Source of the DNA: an uncultured Verrucomicrobiota bacterium
GTDB lineage: Bacteria; Verrucomicrobiota; Verrucomicrobiia; Verrucomicrobiales; V1-33
Reading direction: 5' to 3'
Length of the DNA: 64,000 bases
Assembly: GCA_942492905.1 (NCBI GenBank)
Contig: OW818657.1
Coordinates: 3,456,022-3,520,021, forward strand
This document shows, in pieces, positions 61,846 to 64,000 of the stretch. The notes under the pieces were generated by a model. That model saw only the letters and a program-made list of their open reading frames with translations, was not told the origin of the DNA and ran no database searches. How positions within the stretch are numbered: position 1 is the first letter of the stretch; each line of letters begins with the position of its first letter. Both the position numbers and the translations under genes were made by a program.

Positions 61846-63071
61846 ATGAACTGCCCCACTCCCGTAATCGCTTTTGGTCTGCTGGTGCTGACCATGCTGC
61901 CGGCCCCCGCCCAGGAAACCGGAATCTTTTCAACCGGTCAGGATATCGGAAAAGTCAAGCTGCCCGGCAGTTCCAGCTACGATGCCTCCACCAACAGCTA
62001 CACCGTTTCCGGCGGCGGGACTAACATGTTGATGGCGGTGAATGCCTTTCATTTCAGGTGGAGTAAAATCTCCGGCGATGCCACGCTCTCCGCTGGGATT
62101 TCGTTTCCGGCGGCCACCCGCGATCCCCACGCCAAAGCGGTATTGATCATCCGGCAAAGTCTCGATGCCGATTCCGCCTATGCGGACGCCGCGCTGCATG
62201 CGGATGGGCTGACCTCTCTGCAATACAGTGAAACCAAAGGCTCGCGGACTTACGAAATTCAAGCCAACATCAGCAACCCTCAGCGCCTCCGGCTGGAAAA
62301 ACGCGGGAAATATGTGTTCCTCTCGCTCGCGGGGTAAGGCCGGGGAGCTGCTGCCGGCGGGCGGCTCCTTCCGCCTGGAGCTGACGGAACCATTCCACAT
62401 CGGTCTCGGCGTTTGCTCCCATAACAACGACGTGCTGGAATAAGCAGTTTTCCAAAACGTTATGCTCACCACCGGGGACACCCCCGCCACAGGAGCAAAA
62501 CCCAGGCTGATCAGCACCTTGGAAACCGTGCCCATCGCTTCGCGCGACCGGCGGGTGGTCTTCACCACGGTGGATGAATTGCTCGAAGCTCCTAACTGGA
62601 CACCGGACGGCCTCTCCCTCATCTACAACAGCAAAGGCCGGCTGTTCAGGCTGCCGGTGGCCGGCGGCACTCCTGTGGCCATCGACACCGGAACGGCCAC
62701 CCGGTGCAGTAACGATCACGGCATTTCTCCCGAAGGAAAAAGCATCGTGCTCAGCGATCAGTCGATGGGGGACCGGAAGTCACGCATTTACACCCTGCCA
62801 GCCACCGGCGGCGTGCCCGTACCGATCACCAAAGCCGCGCCTTCCTATTGGCATGGCTGGTCGCCCGCTCGCCTTTCTTTCCTACGGTAAGAAAGTGACC
62901 GGCCATCCGGAAAACAAGGACGTCACGCTCCGCCTGCTGGCCTTGCCCGCTACCGGCCAGCCGCCGGAAGTCCTCGCCAAGCTCTTTGGCGGTCAAGGCA
63001 CGATCAACGTTCCGTCATGGTCGCCCGACGGCAAAAAGCTGGCCTTCGTCAGCTACCAGTTGATCCCCTGA
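61846..63071 (+). pseudogene. decayed gene for a secreted LamG/DUF1349-like + TolB-like beta-propeller (PD40) protein: one frameshift, one in-frame TAA, one further frame-breaking lesion
   Basis: ORFs 61798..62337, 62228..62443, 62462..62890 and 62574..63071 read through as one protein: signal peptide [23 protein letters not shown] .. KYVFLSLAG|KAGELLPAGGSFRLEL .. HNNDVLE*AVFQNV .. [13 protein letters not shown] .. [12 protein letters not shown] .. SYWHGWSP|LAFLSYG .. [15 protein letters not shown]. Lesions lie at the G-run 62331..62334, the TAA at 62441..62443, and about 62865. Confidence 0.65.
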
Positions 63072-63160
63072 ACGGAAAAAGACGGTTCTAAAGTTCTTGT
63101 GGCTTCGACGGATTTTTGAGACGGTCCGGTCCACGCAGCGACCCAACCCGCCCCCACCCC

Positions 63161-64000
63161 ATGAAACACACTCCCAGCCTGCTGGCCCTTCTGTTTGGTT
63201 GCCTGACCGCGACCTCCCACGCGGCCATCACCGGCGTGGTGGAGACCGGGCTCGGCGCGGACCCCGTTGCCATCATTGGCAGTTCCTTCGAGGACGGGGC
63301 GCTGGTTTACTCCGACCGCGCGCACGTGCATAAAGCTTCGCAATTCGACGCGACCACTTCTCTGCTGCTGCAGAATAATGTCCCGGGAGCGGTGCCGGTG
63401 GCCCTGCCGGCGTATTTGGTGGGAAATCCCTATGTGCGGTTCGCCAACGCGGCCCGCGAGAATGTGGGATACTCAGCGGTGGTGACCTCTGATGTGCCGG
63501 CGGTTTTTTATATCCTGGTGGACAACCGGCTCAATGGCCCAGCCGGCACTGGTGCCAAGACACATACCACCGACCCGGTCCTCGGCGGCCCCGGGCTCCA
63601 ATGGGTTATCGACGGAGGCTGGGTCCGGATGAACACGGGTATTTCTCCCAATAACCAACCTGATTATACCGGTATCGATGAAAACGTCGTTGACGGCTTC
63701 CCTAATCAGTTCTTCTCGATTTACAAATTCCCGACCATCACCGGCTCTGTGTCGGTTAAAAATACGGGGTTCAACGGAGACAACAATATCGTCGTGATCG
63801 CCGGGCCGGCACCGGTGACCGGAGATCCTATCACCAGTTTCCTCGCCCAGCCTTCCCCGCTGGCTCCAGGGGATACGGCGTCCCTGGCCTGGGTGATTCA
63901 TACGGCCACGGCCACGGCCAGCGTAAATCAAGGGGTTGGCAACGTGCTGCCGGCGACGGTTGCGGGCATCGGTTCGGTGAACGTGACCCCGGCAGTGGAC
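63161..64000 (+). CDS. secreted protein of unknown function, 3'-partial (runs off the window)
   Basis: ATG at 63161 opens a frame with no stop to position 64000 (280 codons); it is absent from the ORF track for that reason. Signal peptide MKHTPSLLALLFGCLTATSHA. No family recognised. Confidence 0.6.
   Translation, partial: MKHTPSLLALLFGCLTATSHAAITGVVETGLGADPVAIIGSSFEDGALVYSDRAHVHKASQFDATTSLLLQNNVPGAVPVALPAYLVGNPYVRFANAARENVGYSAVVTSDVPAVFYILVDNRLNGPAGTGAKTHTTDPVLGGPGLQWVIDGGWVRMNTGISPNNQPDYTGIDENVVDGFPNQFFSIYKFPTITGSVSVKNTGFNGDNNIVVIAGPAPVTGDPITSFLAQPSPLAPGDTASLAWVIHTATATASVNQGVGNVLPATVAGIGSVNVTPAVD

Noticed and set aside
61589-61849. 86-aa ORF directly after the ECF sigma gene, considered as a possible anti-sigma factor
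   Set aside because: It has no zinc-binding HxxxCxxC motif or TM segment. It is Pro/Arg/Ser-rich, uses an alternative start, and overlaps the start of the downstream pseudogene.
1-64000. Search for CRISPR arrays, rRNA/tRNA genes, reverse transcriptases (DGR/retron), integrases and toxin-antitoxin or other defence modules
   Set aside because: None was recognisable. The only nucleotide-level perfect tandem repeat found is the 15-mer at 43129..43173. The other repeats are protein-domain repeats with diverged DNA.

Overview
High-GC bacterial chromosomal window. The gene content fits the PVC superphylum, most consistent with Verrucomicrobiota: PVC-type CxxCH heme-binding 'membrane-bound dehydrogenase' proteins, ThuA modules, TAT- or Sec-signal sugar enzymes, and giant secreted repeat proteins. 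I support about 27 genes. From left to right: (1) a degraded IS110-family transposase cut by the window edge. (2) An ordinary housekeeping block at 1.2-9.9 kb: comM/yifB, pyrF, pyrC, an NtrC-like response regulator, rpe, a TAT metallophosphoesterase and an organophosphate:Pi MFS antiporter. (3) Two adjacent giant secreted proteins of 3256 aa and 1332 aa on the + strand. (4) A 16-kb co-directional minus-strand sugar/sugar-acid locus: IlvD/Edd dehydratase, DHDPS-family enzyme, ThuA-heme mega-protein, PL10 pectate lyase, a second heme protein, Gfo/Idh/MocA oxidoreductase and a GH42-like protein. (5) A hydrolase, a TIM-barrel isomerase, an unusually long LptA/OstA-like protein and kdsD. (6) A minus-strand array of a giant DUF11/LamG protein (2602 aa), a Ser/Thr kinase and a giant NxxGxxAF-repeat protein (1401 aa), divergent from an ECF-like sigma factor. 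(7) A triple-lesion pseudogene and a partial secreted-protein gene. The four giant proteins take up about 40% of the window. No rRNA, tRNA or CRISPR array, and no recognisable defence or toxin system, was seen. The most interesting signal is a shared C-terminal tail on all four giant secreted proteins. It ends in [FY][LY]R[LVI]...P-COOH, and I cannot assign it to any known sorting signal. A recurrent 'HQ..SSD' module (5 copies) and the kinase/sigma context add to this. All calls rest on motif recognition by eye and on the supplied ORF track; no searches were run.
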